Part shown: positions 1 to 12,540 of the stretch, in pieces
Numbering within the stretch: the stretch's first letter is position 1
How the letters are laid out: every line of letters begins with the position of its first letter
Position numbers and translations under genes: made by a program
Notes under the pieces: generated by a model
The model's database searches: none
The model's input: the letters and a program-made list of their open reading frames with translations, nothing else
What the model was told of the DNA's origin: nothing
Assembly: GCA_973851085.1 (NCBI GenBank)
Contig: OZ316776.1
Location: 15,872,001-15,936,000 of the forward strand
Origin: Ptychomitrium polyphyllum
Taxonomy: Eukaryota
DNA length: 64,000 bases
Direction: 5' to 3'

Positions 1-499
1 TTAATTGATTTATTCACCCAAAGCTAAAACAAGATATTGTTCCACTTCCAAGACAAATAAAAATTATAGTTTTATCATAACTATTTTTATTCAATTTATT
101 TATTTTTTCTAATACTCCTTTTGAAATACAATAAATCAATTTCTACAAAATTAAAAATATTAGTTAAGTTTTTAATTGTACAACTGGATACATCACAACA
201 ATAGAATGCTTAATTTATATGCAAGTAATATGTTTTCAGTCAAGAAAACTTTAGAATGATGGAATTTTATGGAAATTTAATAATATTAAATATCATTTGG
301 CTATTATGGTTATTCAATGTTACTTTTAATGAAGTGATTTTATGAATAATATCTCCAAGAGGATAAAGGTTAGCCATCTATGATTTCTACATGATAATAC
401 TTATGGATGTTCAAAAAACATTTGTCAACAAAATAAGCAAAGGCTCACAAATCTAATAGAGCAAGGCTTTTGAACTTTTGAACATTCAAACTAGTAGGT

Positions 500-1500
500 A
501 TAAAAAAAAATTTAAAAAAACTAAACCATTAAAATATGACATTCTTTTTTCTTGCAATGAAAGACATGTTTGTTTTTCTGCAAAGCATTTGGCGCTATAG
601 TTGTATCCCTCATCTGAAATATATAAGGATTTTTTGGATTAATTATCAACTTTAGATTAGATTTTCCATTGTACAAACACTAGTCTTATTTTCTTTGACA
701 TTTTTTATATGTTTAATAAGGGGCTAGAAGCAAATCACATCTATTTGGATGGCCTCAATTTGCAAATACTTATTGGAAGTAAACAAGACCAAGGCTACCA
801 AGAAGCAAGTATATGGCTGTGGCGTAATCAAAGCTTGTATAACTTGTCGACGTTGAAATAAAGTGTTATTGCACTTTAAAGCTTGGCTTATGGTGCCATA
901 AAATATCTAGAGATTTAACATAGACAACAACAAATCTTTACCTTTGTCACGTACACTCCAATAAAATTAACTCATCATAGGTTCTTTATCCTAATTGATG
1001 TCGCATATAAGTTTGTCAAAATTCCAATGCATAAATAAGACATCAAATGTGGCTTTTTGGGCAATGAGAAATCTTAGTGGTTGCATAACAAAGCTTGTCA
1101 TGGTCACCAATTGCTTTTGCAAACGTGGCTAGGAACGCATCAAAGTTGCAAAATATGGAAGAATTTTTCTCAAAAAGTGATGAAAATCAAAACAATGTTC
1201 GTCTTAAGAGCAACGTTTGCACCAAATCAACGCGTGAAGCATCCATAAGATATTGTCAAGGTTGAAGCAACGTAACAAATTGAACTTAGTTTACAAAACG
1301 TCAAAATTTTGAAAGCCTATTGTCAAACTTCTCTAAAATGCTGATTCTTGGTTCTTTTGTTGTTAACATTGAATTGTCAGCTTAAATTTGAACATCTTCT
1401 ACTAAAACAAGTCTAGACAATAGAGCACCTAGGAAAACTTGGGATAGCAAGTGGGATGCTTCTACTCCTTAGCTACCATATATGGTCAAATAAGGTTTTT
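500..1500 (-). mobile_element. Decayed Ty3/gypsy gag remnant
   Basis: Minus-strand translation near 840-900 gives TISQALKCNNTLFQRRQ, resembling the gag motif 'SQAIRCDNRLFERRQ'. A degenerate zinc-knuckle-like segment lies near 530-600. Many stops; boundaries approximate. Confidence 0.45.
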
Positions 1501-1809
1501 TATTTTATTTGAATAAAGTCTTGATCTTGATCTTCAACGCTTCAAGGGCATTTATAATTGGATTTAATTTGGCTTCTTTAGAATCCATCATATTGACATT
1601 TTCACCTCTTGACATGGAAACAAAATAAATAAAAATTAATACTACTAAATAATCCAAAAAAAAATAAGGAAAATTTAAAATGCAATATTTGTCTAAAAAG
1701 ATTATCTGCAATTTTTAGAGCAATATAGTACTTCCAAGAAGAAGGATGATCTACTTTTTCATCAAAATAGAATAAGTTGTGATATTGTTATATGATACTT
1801 TCAACAAAT

Positions 1810-2330
1810 TGTTATAAATAGAATAACAACAAGGCAAGGCTTCAAGACTTTAAGACTATAGGATGTAAAATAAGATTTTTCAATGTATATTAAAAGCAAT
1901 AAGGTATAATAAAGTACAAAGACAAGATTATAAAGTTTGAGTTAGACTACAAGAAATGTATTGTTAAGACTAAAAATTTCTTCAGCCTTAATTCCAATAT
2001 ATATTAGAACTATAAGACTTGATAGGTTCTTGAGAAGCCTGCAATACAATGCTTTGTATTCAAGCAACCTTGGAATATTTCTTTGGAAGCTTCCTTAGCT
2101 AAGCTAACTTCTTTGGAAGTTTTTTTGGCTTTCTTAAATCTTCTAAGAACTTTTCTAAAAGCTTCTAATATATATATATATCCATGGATGGATTTTTATA
2201 ATAGAATCTAAATAATATTTAATTATCATTGAATGCTAGCCAAAGAACATATGATAGTATAAAGAGTCTTCTTAGTTATATTGCTAGATTTTTAAATCTT
2301 TTATAATTTATATGAAAAACTCACTTTCAA
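1810..2330 (-). mobile_element. Putative decayed LTR
   Basis: Starts TGTTA and contains GAAGCTTC/TTCTAAGAA-type low-complexity repeats. It lies upstream of the minus-strand gag remnant and resembles 12023-12540. Far end not defined. Confidence 0.35.
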
Positions 2331-3199
2331 ATTGGGCATGTAATTTTTGTCAAATTATCATTGACAAAGCTATTTTGCACCTTCTTCAAACAAGATGTAG
2401 CTGTTGTGAGATTATTGTTAGTGAAGCTATTCCGTGTTTTAATTTTTGTCTTTACTCAAACGAATTATAATTTATGCAAATGAATGTTGGCATTGTAATT
2501 TCAATTAATAATTCAATTTGCTAAACTCACCAATTTTTGGAAGACGACTAAAGAAGTGAAAGAAATAAATCAATATCTTTTAATTGCAAAACATAACTTC
2601 AAAAGAAAAAAGATTATTTTGAACTAACATTTAAAAGATTATGCACCTTTGAACTACTTAAATGAGCCAAAAGGGTAACAATTGCAATTCTTACCATTTC
2701 CAAGATCAAAGCCTTCACAAACTCTGTCTCTTCCAAATTCATGAGTTCCATTTCAAGATCTCCAATCTCTCCAAAGATCCCAATTCCTTAAATAATCAAA
2801 TTTCTTAATTGAAGAAACCACTCACTAAAATGTAAAACAATGTGATGCAATTTCTCCTCTTTGTTAAGCTCTCTAAAATACTAAAGGTTACCATGTTATT
2901 AAGCCTTACAATTAATTTCACATATACTTTAATTATTAAGCTACATATTTAAAATACTAAAAATAAATTATATTGTACCTTACAGCCGATTGATTTTTAA
3001 AGTCCAAAAACAATATTTCATTGCCTTACTAAGCAAAGGTTGTCTTGTAAGCTACACAAACTTCATCACTTGTTACTTCTTTACTAATTTTCTTAAAAGT
3101 TCCTCTTATAGAGAAGTATAAGAATTATTAACTATAAAAACTACTTCAAATTTAAACCCACAATTCTTCCAATACTAATGTTTCAATAATCTAACAATA

Positions 3200-4450
3200 T
3201 CCATACATAAATCTCTATCCTCTTGTCCTTGATAAAAAAGTAGTTTATTAAAGCTATAGTGACCCTTATACAAAGAAAAATGAAACATTACAAATATAAG
3301 TGATCTATCAAGACCTTAATAAAGTCACTATGAAAAACCAATCCCTCTTATCATTGATCTTAGGACTTTTCAAACAACTTATCCAAACAAAAATATTCAT
3401 TAAAATTATCTTAGAAGAACCTATAATCTTATAAGGATTAAAAAAAGTAAAATGTAAAAAACAACTTTTTACTTTGAATATGGCCACCTTAAATAATATG
3501 TTATGTTTTTTGGCCTCTCTAATCATCAAACAATTTTTCAATATATATGATTAATAAATTTTTGCAAGCTATTGGATGATTTTGTGGTCATCTATTTAAA
3601 TGACACCTTGCTATATTTAAAGAATAAAAAAGATCATGTACAATTGGTTTTGAAGAAGTTGCACAAATAAGTATAATATGCAAAATTAGGGAAATATCAT
3701 TTTTACCAACCTTCAAATGACATTTTAAACTACAGATGGAATCTACATGGATGAAACAAAGATAAGCACCATCATAAAATGGAACACACAAAGCTCAAGA
3801 ACATGCAATATTTCCTTGAATTTGCAAAACTCTCTAGAATCTTTATTATAAAATATTCAAGGATTGTAATACCATTAACATACCAAATATGGATGGAAAA
3901 AATTACGTAGACAACCAAAGCTAAGAAATCATTTGCAACCCTATCATTCAAATTGGATCTAATCATTGTCATTCATACCAATTAAAATCCTTCAATTTGA
4001 AAGCACATACTTCATAATTTACTCTAAGCTTGATACTCTTACAACATGGCAGATATTAGAGACTTTATCCAACTACCTTTGGTTCTAAAAAATCTTTAGT
4101 ATCATAAATTCAAAATGGAATACATGGCAAGGAATTGCTTGCTATTGAAAATGCCTTTGGAAAATGGCAACATTTATTGAGTGGCACTCAATACGCTTGC
4201 ACAACATACAAGGACCCCATAAACCTTGAATACTTCATGAATATATATGTCCTCAATTGCCACCAAACAAGGTGGACATGAATATATATGTCCTCAATTG
4301 CCACCAAACAAGGTGGACATAGTCCCTTTTAAGCTTCAACTTTGTCATCATGTACCATGTACACAATCCACAAGGAAAACCATCATGTACTTAATAGGTC
4401 TTCTCTCACTTCTAAACTTAAATATTAAGTTTTTGAACAACACACCACTG
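3200..4450 (+). mobile_element. Decayed Ty3/gypsy pol (RT + RNase H) remnant
   Basis: Degenerate motifs in the expected order: LDDFVVIYLNDTLLY (YxDD box), KDHVQLVLKK, GIYMDETKI, FLEFAKLSRIFIIKYSRIVIPLT, IHGKELLAIENAFGKWQHLL, NLEYFM. Interrupted by stops and frameshifts. Confidence 0.8.
4236..4320. repeat. Perfect 41-bp tandem duplication inside the gypsy RNase H remnant
   Basis: catgaatatatatgtcctcaattgccaccaaacaaggtgga occurs twice (4236-4276, 4277-4317), followed by cat. Confidence 0.95.
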
Positions 4451-5299
4451 TATTCTTGAAGCCCTAGAAGAGAATGCATCAACCAACACCATAGCACCTC
4501 AACTTCACAAAGTTGATTCTTGCACACGGACCACTTAGTACATATTCAAATGGTGCTCGAAATTCAACACTCCTCCGTATTACACCAAGATTATGACTAC
4601 TCTTCACCAAGTGATTCAACAATTTAGTGTTCAAGTAAACCAAACTTTTCGTTAGTTTATTGTTGCTTGCAATTCGGGTGGTGTTCACACAATGATAACA
4701 AACACGTTCATGGCGCGACCTGGTCTCAAAGATCCAAAAACAAATCCATGCAAACATTACATTTTCTCGTAACTCATGCAACTCACACACCTCAAAAGTC
4801 CCAAACAAATGATAGTGAGCGCATGTAGCCAACAGCTGCATGAAGACATGACTATAGTTCCGGACTTCGCACACAAAATCCATTGGAACTAGTTGAATAA
4901 ACCTCTCAAAACCACACAGTCGATCGAAGGCGTTCGATGAGACTGTTCTGAAAAGAACCCTTGTTTTCAAACAGCCAGAACTCAGAAAACATTTTGACAA
5001 CCTGTAAGCCGCAATCCCATTCATGAACAACCGACCAAATCAAATCCTCCCTACAATTACACATACATCCTCCACAACGGTCCATCGTTCCAAACAACAC
5101 ATCCGTTCACCTCCTCTAACCACAGCGAAAAAAAGACACGCAGGGTCACCACCTGCAACAAGAAAATCATTTCAGTTCGGTACAACTGAGACACCCTCAC
5201 CTAACCCCTACCTCTGAAATTAGCTCTCCAACCCTACTATTCACCGACATATACTCTAACGACTTTGCGAAAGAGGACGCACTAACCCGAAACTGCAAG

Positions 5300-8200
5300 C
5301 CCATCGCACTGCCCAAACGTCCTTTCTCCATTATTCGGGAATGAACTCCACGGTTGGTTTCTCTCCGTACAGCTCCGTCACACCACACTCCCCTACTTAA
5401 TCGACTCCACCGAAACAAATCCATATCCACATCCAAATCCATACGCGGAAGATTCCGCGAGAAATAATCGGACGCCCACCAAAACCGACTGTCCTCCCTC
5501 CCAACCACGCCGGCATTGCGTCTGCCATGCTCCCCGTACCACACCGTACTCCCTACCATCACACCCGACACGCCACCGCATCCCTACCTGTCGCAACCGC
5601 CGCCGCCCGACACTCCACTACCTACACCTCCGCGGATCGCCATTCCCCACCCGGACCGAGACCCCCACGCAACGCATGCAACGACACCCCCGCCGCGACA
5701 GCACCCCCGCGACGGGCCGGACACCCGGGCCAATCACAATTTACACACAACTCCCATGCTCGGGCCGCCGGCATCAACAGCCGGACAAAACAAAATTATT
5801 TCCCTCCTCTAGGACCATAATGTTCGACCACAATGTTCGACCTCAGGCTTAGCACGCTATTCGCCGCTAGCCACGTCATCTCCCGCCGTCTCAGTCGCGC
5901 AGACGCGGCGCTCAGACGCCTCCCCCGCCAAAATTGCCTACCGGCTGCCGCATCCGGTCAAAAATCACCAGTGACAGTCAAATGAATATACCCATGTTCC
6001 AGAATATGAATCAGCAATACAAAAACTACCGCCAGCGCGCGATGCGGGTACGACCGCCCCACATCCCCCGTGCCGCTCACACGTGCTACTCACAACAAAT
6101 CACAGCTGCCCAGCGTATCTCTCAAATGTGTGCCAGGCCGCCCTACTACTGCGAACGACCTCCCGGGCACGAGCCCCGCCTTAAACCCCATCTGCCGTCT
6201 AACAGCCGCTCTACTTGGCCAGCTCCGCACGCAACTGCTTCGCAGCGTTCACCATGTTCGTCAGCGCGGGAACCACCTCGCCGTACTTCCGGGTCTTCAG
6301 ACCGCAGTCGGGGTTGATCCACAGAACCTTCGACTCCAACACCGCCAACATCTGCCACATTCCACATCCCACGTCCCGTCAGCACACCCTGCACGAACCA
6401 CACCTGCGCGACCACTGCCCGCCCGCGCCCGACGCACACACGACCCGGACACCGACGCCCCCTCCACCAATCCTCCCAGTACCCGACCCCTTGCTCCCCC
6501 ACCACAGCACGCCGGGTCCCCGACAGTTACCTTGCGGGCGCGGTCGGCCATCTCCTCCGTCGGTGGGATGCGCGGGGAGTGGATGTCGTACACGCCGGGC
6601 CCGATCCCGGCGCCGTAGTGCACGCCCTCCCGGAACACCGACAGCAGCTTCTCGTCCGACCGCGAGTTCTCGATCGTGATCACGTCGGCGTCCATGTCGA
6701 TGATGCTGTGGATGATGTCGTTGAAGTTCGAGTAGCACATGTGCGTGTGGATCTGGGTCGTGTCCTTCACCCCGCACGTCGTGATTCTGAACCCGTGCAC
6801 GGCCCACCTCAGGTAGTCCGCGTGCTCCGACTTCCGCAGCGGCAGGCCCTCGCGAAGTGCGGCCTCGTCCATCTGGATCACCGTGATCTTCGCCCGCTCC
6901 AGGTCCTCCACCTCGTCCTTGATCGCCAACGCGATCTGGTAGCACGTCTCCGACCGCGGCTGGTCGTTCCTCACGAACGACCAGTTCAGGATCGTCACCG
7001 GCCCCGTCAACATCCCCTTCATCGGCCTCTTCGTCACGCTCTGCGCGTACGTCGACCAGTACACCGTCATCGCCTTCGGCCTGCTCACGTCGCCGAAGAT
7101 GATCGGGGGCTTCACGCACCGCGACCCGTACGACTGCACCCACCCGTTCGCCGAGAAGCAGAACCCGTCCAGCTGCTCCCCGAAGTACTCCACCATGTCG
7201 TTCCTCTCGGGCTCGCCGTGCACCAGCACGTCGATGTCCAGCTCCTCCTGCAGCTTCACCACGCTGTCGATCTCCGCCTTGATCGCCTTGTCGTAGTCCT
7301 CCTCCGAGATCTTCTTGCTCTTCACCTCGCGCCTCACCCTCCGGAGCTCGGGCGTCTGGGGGAACGATCCGATGGTCGTCGTCGGCAGGATCGGCAGGTT
7401 CAGGTGCTTCTGCTGCTCCTCCAACCGGGTCGACACGGCCGTCGCCCGCCTGTGCTCAGACCCGGCCAGGGCCGCCGCCTGCATTCCCACACCAAACCAA
7501 CCCTCAGCCACCACCACACCACCTACACTCCGCCCAAGCCACTGCACCCACCCAGCCCGCAGCCCACGACTGCACTCACGACTCCGGCCCACTTACAGCT
7601 TCCTTCACTGCCTTGTTGTGCACCCGCGGGGAGTTCTTCCTCGACGCCTGCGCACCGGCGTTCGCCGAGAAGAACGCCGCGTCCTTCTGCCCGTCCGCCG
7701 CCTTCGCGATCGCCACCACCTCGTGCAGCTTCTGCGCGGCGAACGCCATCCACGACTTCAACTCCGCGTCCAGCTTCGTCTCGTTCTTCATGTCCACGGC
7801 CGAGTGCAGCAGGGAGCACGACGTCGACACCACCACGTTCTCCTTCCCCACCTTCGCCTGCAGCTCCTCCACCACGCCCACGGACGCCGCCAGGTCGTTG
7901 GCCCAGATGTTGCGCCCGTCCACCACGCCCGCGAACAGCGTCTTCCCGGCGGGAACGCCGTGCTCCTTGATCAGGCTCAGAGTCCCCGACCCCCGCACCA
8001 GGTCCACCCCGAACCCGGCAATCGGCAGCCCGCACAACGTCCTGCCGTTCACGGTCCCCACAGACCACACTCAGCACCCGCGCGTCACTTACCCCCGCCC
8101 CCCCATCCGGAACCCCACCTCCGAGCAACCCCATTCCAAACACGCCTCCCGATCACTTACTTGTACGCCTCCGCGGGCAAGTCCGTGAAGTACGTCTCCA

Positions 8201-10031
8201 CCAACAGCTTCACCCCGCACTCGCCCAGCCCCGCGTACGCCTTCTTGAACGCCCCGTACTGCGCGGCTTCCAGGTCCATCACCAGCTTCGGCTCGTCCAG
8301 CTGCACCCATGACGCGCCAGCTCCCTTCAGCTCGCCGATCACCTCCCTGCAAATCGCAGCCCACGCCCACGGGTCACCACGCCGCCCCCGCAACCCGCCA
8401 TCGGCAAAACCCCCGCCCCCACCCCACAAACGGATCCCGGCCACCCATCGCCCACTCACTTGTAGATGGGCAGAATGGCGTCCAGCAGGGAAAGGGTGTC
8501 GAATCCCTTCGCGGCGCTCTTGTCGCCCTTCGACAGCAGCAGGTACGTCACCGGCCCGACCAGCACGGGCACGGTCTCCACGCCCAGCTGCATCCAACGC
8601 CCACCACCACCGTCAGCGCCCCACCACCGTCACCAACCCAACCCAACCTCCACATCGACCCACACACGGCAACGACAGCAACCATCACACCACCCCGTTC
8701 GCTCCCACACATCGCACTCACCGCCTTCGCCTCCTTGTATTCGCTCACGGCCTTGCGCGAAGAGTACACGAACTTCGTCTCCGGGCTCAACTCCGGCACA
8801 ATGTAGTGGCTGCAACGCCCACGAACGCACCACCGCCATGTCAGATCCACACCCCCCACACAACAGCGCGCAACCCAACCGACCAAAACACCCCGCCACC
8901 CACACCTCCAACACCCCCGGGCCCCGCCCACACTTACTAGTTCGTGTCGAACCACTTCGTCATCTCCATGGCGGGCTTCGTCTTGTTTCCACGCGCCATC
9001 GAGAAGTACACGTCGTGCCCAATCTCTCCGCCGGCCCACTCGTACCGGGCGGGCACGGCCCCCACCATCGCGGTCGTGTCCAGCACCTGATCGTAGTACG
9101 AAAACGTGTTGCTGGGAATCATGCTCACTCCGGCCTCGGCCATCTGCTTCCAGATCGACGCCCGCAGCTCCTTCGCCACCTGCTCCAGGTCCGACGCCGC
9201 GCTCTTGCCATCCCACATCGACTCCAGAGCGAACTTCAGCTCCCGCTTCGGGCCCATGCGCGGGTATCCGACCACGTGGGAAGTCATCGTCGCTGCCTCG
9301 TACGCGTCTTCACAACAAACCACGCCAAACCAATCGTCAGACACAGCCACGCAAACCCCCCCGCACGCACACCACGCGCATGCCGCCACCGTCACGTCAC
9401 GGCGACACTCGCCACCGCGCCTCCCACAGACAGAGCACGCCGCACACAGGCACATCCGCAGGGAAAACATGCAGCCCCACACCCGCCCCTCTCAAGATCC
9501 AACCCCGCACCCCGCCACACTCGCGCCATTGCGCCCCCGCCGCCGCATTCCCCATTCCCACCCACCACACGCAAACCCCCGCTGCCGCCAGACGGACCAA
9601 ACCCCAGCGCGACAAAATCCCGCCACCACACCACACGAACGACCCCCCGCTATCCCACCACCGCCGCGCCCGCTCAGCGCTAAACCCCCCGATCTAAAAC
9701 CCCGGCGCCGCACACCGTGCAAAACCACACACAAGCACCCAACGCTGCTGCCCCCGCCCAACTGCAGCGTCACCCGACACGACGGACACAGGCGCAGCGG
9801 CGGGGCAACGGCGCACACAGATCCCCACGCCACCGCAAGCACGGCCAGCATACGCACCTGGGGGGAGTTGGCGACGACGGAGCCACGCAGCCGGGCGGAC
9901 GAGAGCACAGGAAAGGGGATCTGAGCTCTCGCGAGACACAGCCTTCGTGAAAAGAGCGCCTGCCTGAGCAAAAGATGCAGCTCCCTCCGCAGGTCCCAGC
10001 TTCTTAAAGCCCCCCCCCCTCCCCCTCAGGT
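5300..10031 (-). repeat. Left arm of ~4.73 kb inverted repeat
   Basis: Reverse complement of 17750-22486. ORF pairs have identical translations and coordinates summing to 27786, so no indels are seen up to the G/C tract at ~10010. Confidence 0.97.
6211..9287 (-). CDS. METE: Cobalamin-independent methionine synthase, copy 1 (7 exons, 761 aa)
   Basis: Mirror of copy 2. Exons 9287-8938, 8809-8722, 8587-8460, 8346-8161, 8041-7597, 7478-6531, 6351-6211. Motifs [48 protein letters not shown]. Confidence 0.96.
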
Positions 10032-12022
10032 GACCCCTACCCCTGCGAGCTGGCTGGTTTACTATTCTGGCGCTTAGGGGCCCTTGGTGCTCCCACTGTT
10101 CACCTTTCCCCGCCCACCCTGAGTCGCACGTTCGTTTTTCGTCCCCTTTATTTGTTTAGTTTTCCCCTGCTGTTCGAATGTTCTCCATGTTGCATGTCAC
10201 CTGGTGAGTCCCAGCGGGTACCTTCTATCTTAGTGTACGGGCTCTGGATCTGGGGCGCTGGCGCGTCGCACGAATCATCGTCGTCTCAATTATGCAGTCG
10301 ACCCACGGATGGTTCCTGTATCTGGATCCGGCAGTGCAGTTGGGAGCTTTTGTGCTCGGAAGTCCATAATTTCGCTCGTGGGCGAATGCGGCCGGTTCCC
10401 GTGATCCTCTCATCCTTCCATGTTCCTCGTCTGCCTGGGCCAGCCAACTCATACCTCCTGAAACTATTTGGGAGAGGGGGGTTTTTTGATTCCTCCCGGT
10501 CGGAGGGTCAGATGTTTAGACGGGTTGCTTTTGGCCGCGTTGGAGTGCACTAAAATCAGAGTTCGGAGTTGCGCGTATTCTAATATTTGGTGTTTTCCAT
10601 GGCCGCAACAGTAAGCATGGTGAAGTTCCTGAGGGTTTGCATGGAGCATTTATGCGGCTCTATTATTTTGGTGCGGATATAGTTTCCTTTATCGGAAAAA
10701 GTAGGAGGGTTTTCTAAAGGCTAGTGTGCATGATCTAAAGAATCTAAGTCAAAGGTGTTGGAGTCTTCAAAGCCATGTCATTGTAATCATTCGCTTGAAA
10801 AGCAAAGGAGTAGCATCACAATCAAGGCTTGATGTTTGTGCTTTTTGTTTGTGTCAAGAAGGCTTACAAGGGTGGACATGAATGTCTTGGATTGATAAAG
10901 GTGTTGGTGGAATGTATTTATTCTCCTTTTGCATGGATCATTCAATTTAGTAGTAGTTGGATGACCGCAAGCTTGTGGAGAGCACATAATCTTAAAGTGA
11001 ATGATTTGATGCAGTATCTTGAAAGTTATTAGGAGATATTTAAAAATGTCCAAGGTCTCTTAGTATCTTTATTACAATAGAAATACTAAAAGTGTTGGAT
11101 ATTACATGGAGATCAAAGTACTTTTATGGATGCTTAGTTCGTATTGCAATGTGGATTTTTGTGTGATGGCTTCTTGGCAAAAGATTAGATTTTGAAAGTG
11201 GCAAAAGAAAGCTAATGGTAGCAACTATCAAACACTCTTTTAAGTCCTTTATGTGCCAAGAATTATGATCAATAGAAAGGATTTTCAATTTTCTGGCTCA
11301 TGGATCCTATATATTCATGGAGGTAGAGTTGATAGGCGTACTAGAAGCAAGCACTTCAATACATGTGTACTTGAATAAGAGTTGAATGAAGTGTCATTCA
11401 AAAAAATTAAGTGGTTGCTTATACACTCGAGTTATATGTAAGTACAATGCGTATGAAAACATGATAGAGAGACCATATACTGCAAAATGTTGTTATTGAT
11501 TCAAATTTGCTAGCGTACATTTATTTAATCAAGTGCATGATTGGACTTTTTTATACCATAATAGTATAAGTCAATGAAAAAAGTTTGAACTTTTGAAAAG
11601 AATCTCAACCTTGTGGAATGTTGTAAGCTTAGAAAATGAATGGCTAGAAAATAAATAAAACCAAGCCAGGGATTGGTGAAAAAGAGTAGCCACTTTGGTG
11701 TTGATATCTATTGTATTCCATCTTTGGTTTTATGGTCCAACATAGAAATAATGACGTGAATACATATAATTGGTATTGTCATTGAAGTGAACAAGTTGTG
11801 TTTTAGTCCATTTTTATAGGTAGGATTGTTATAGGAAGTAAAGCATTCAGTTGTATTTTTTATATTCATAAAAGCATTATATCTTAAACTAGAATCAAGT
11901 CCTTTTCCAAAAAATGGTTGTTCAACTTTCTTAATTTCTTAGATTTTTTTATATGATACATTTGACATTGAAGCAAAAGTAGCAATTTTTTCTTTCTTGC
12001 TTGAATTTGTCTTATTGTAGTT

Positions 12023-12540
12023 GTTAGACACACAATAAACAAGAAGCAAGAATAAATAAATTTGCATGAATTAACTTCCAAAGAACTAATGATTAACAAA
12101 CACTTATACAAAGACTAAAGCAAGGGAAGATACAATATGATTCACAACTTGTATTGGCAAAACTAAGGTATACCCTGTCTTCCTTCCTATTTATATTATA
12201 ATGCTTGTATCTCCAAGGGTATTTCTAAACAAGCTTCTTATGAAGCTTGAGAATGTTATAGAAGTCTATTGAACTTTCTTATGAAGTTTTCTAAGATACT
12301 GAAGCTTTCCTAAGAAATTTGCCAAGGAACTGGAACTTTGTAGGGAAGTTTTTCAAAATAGTGGAACCTTCATAAAAAGCTTTTCAAGGAGTTGGAAACA
12401 TCTATGTAAGTATTGAAAGTATTATAAGAAGGTATTACAATATATTAAAAGGTTATAGAAGATTCTAAGTACTAGATTGCATGATCTATGTCCATAATAG
12501 TAGCTTTGTATTTGTGTTTTGGTATTATGAATTTTAGTGT
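12023..12540 (-). mobile_element. Putative decayed solo LTR in the palindrome spacer
   Basis: Starts TGTTA and has repeated GAAGCTT/GAACTTT/GAAGTTTT units, similar in style to 1810-2330. No flanking gag/pol recognised. Confidence 0.35.

Noticed and set aside
5393..9971. Many long overlapping or antisense ORFs (463, 541, 405, 272 aa) and their mirrors at 17680-22503
   Set aside because: Shadow ORFs produced by extreme GC content and GC3 bias of METE; Pro/Arg/His-rich with no domain motifs.
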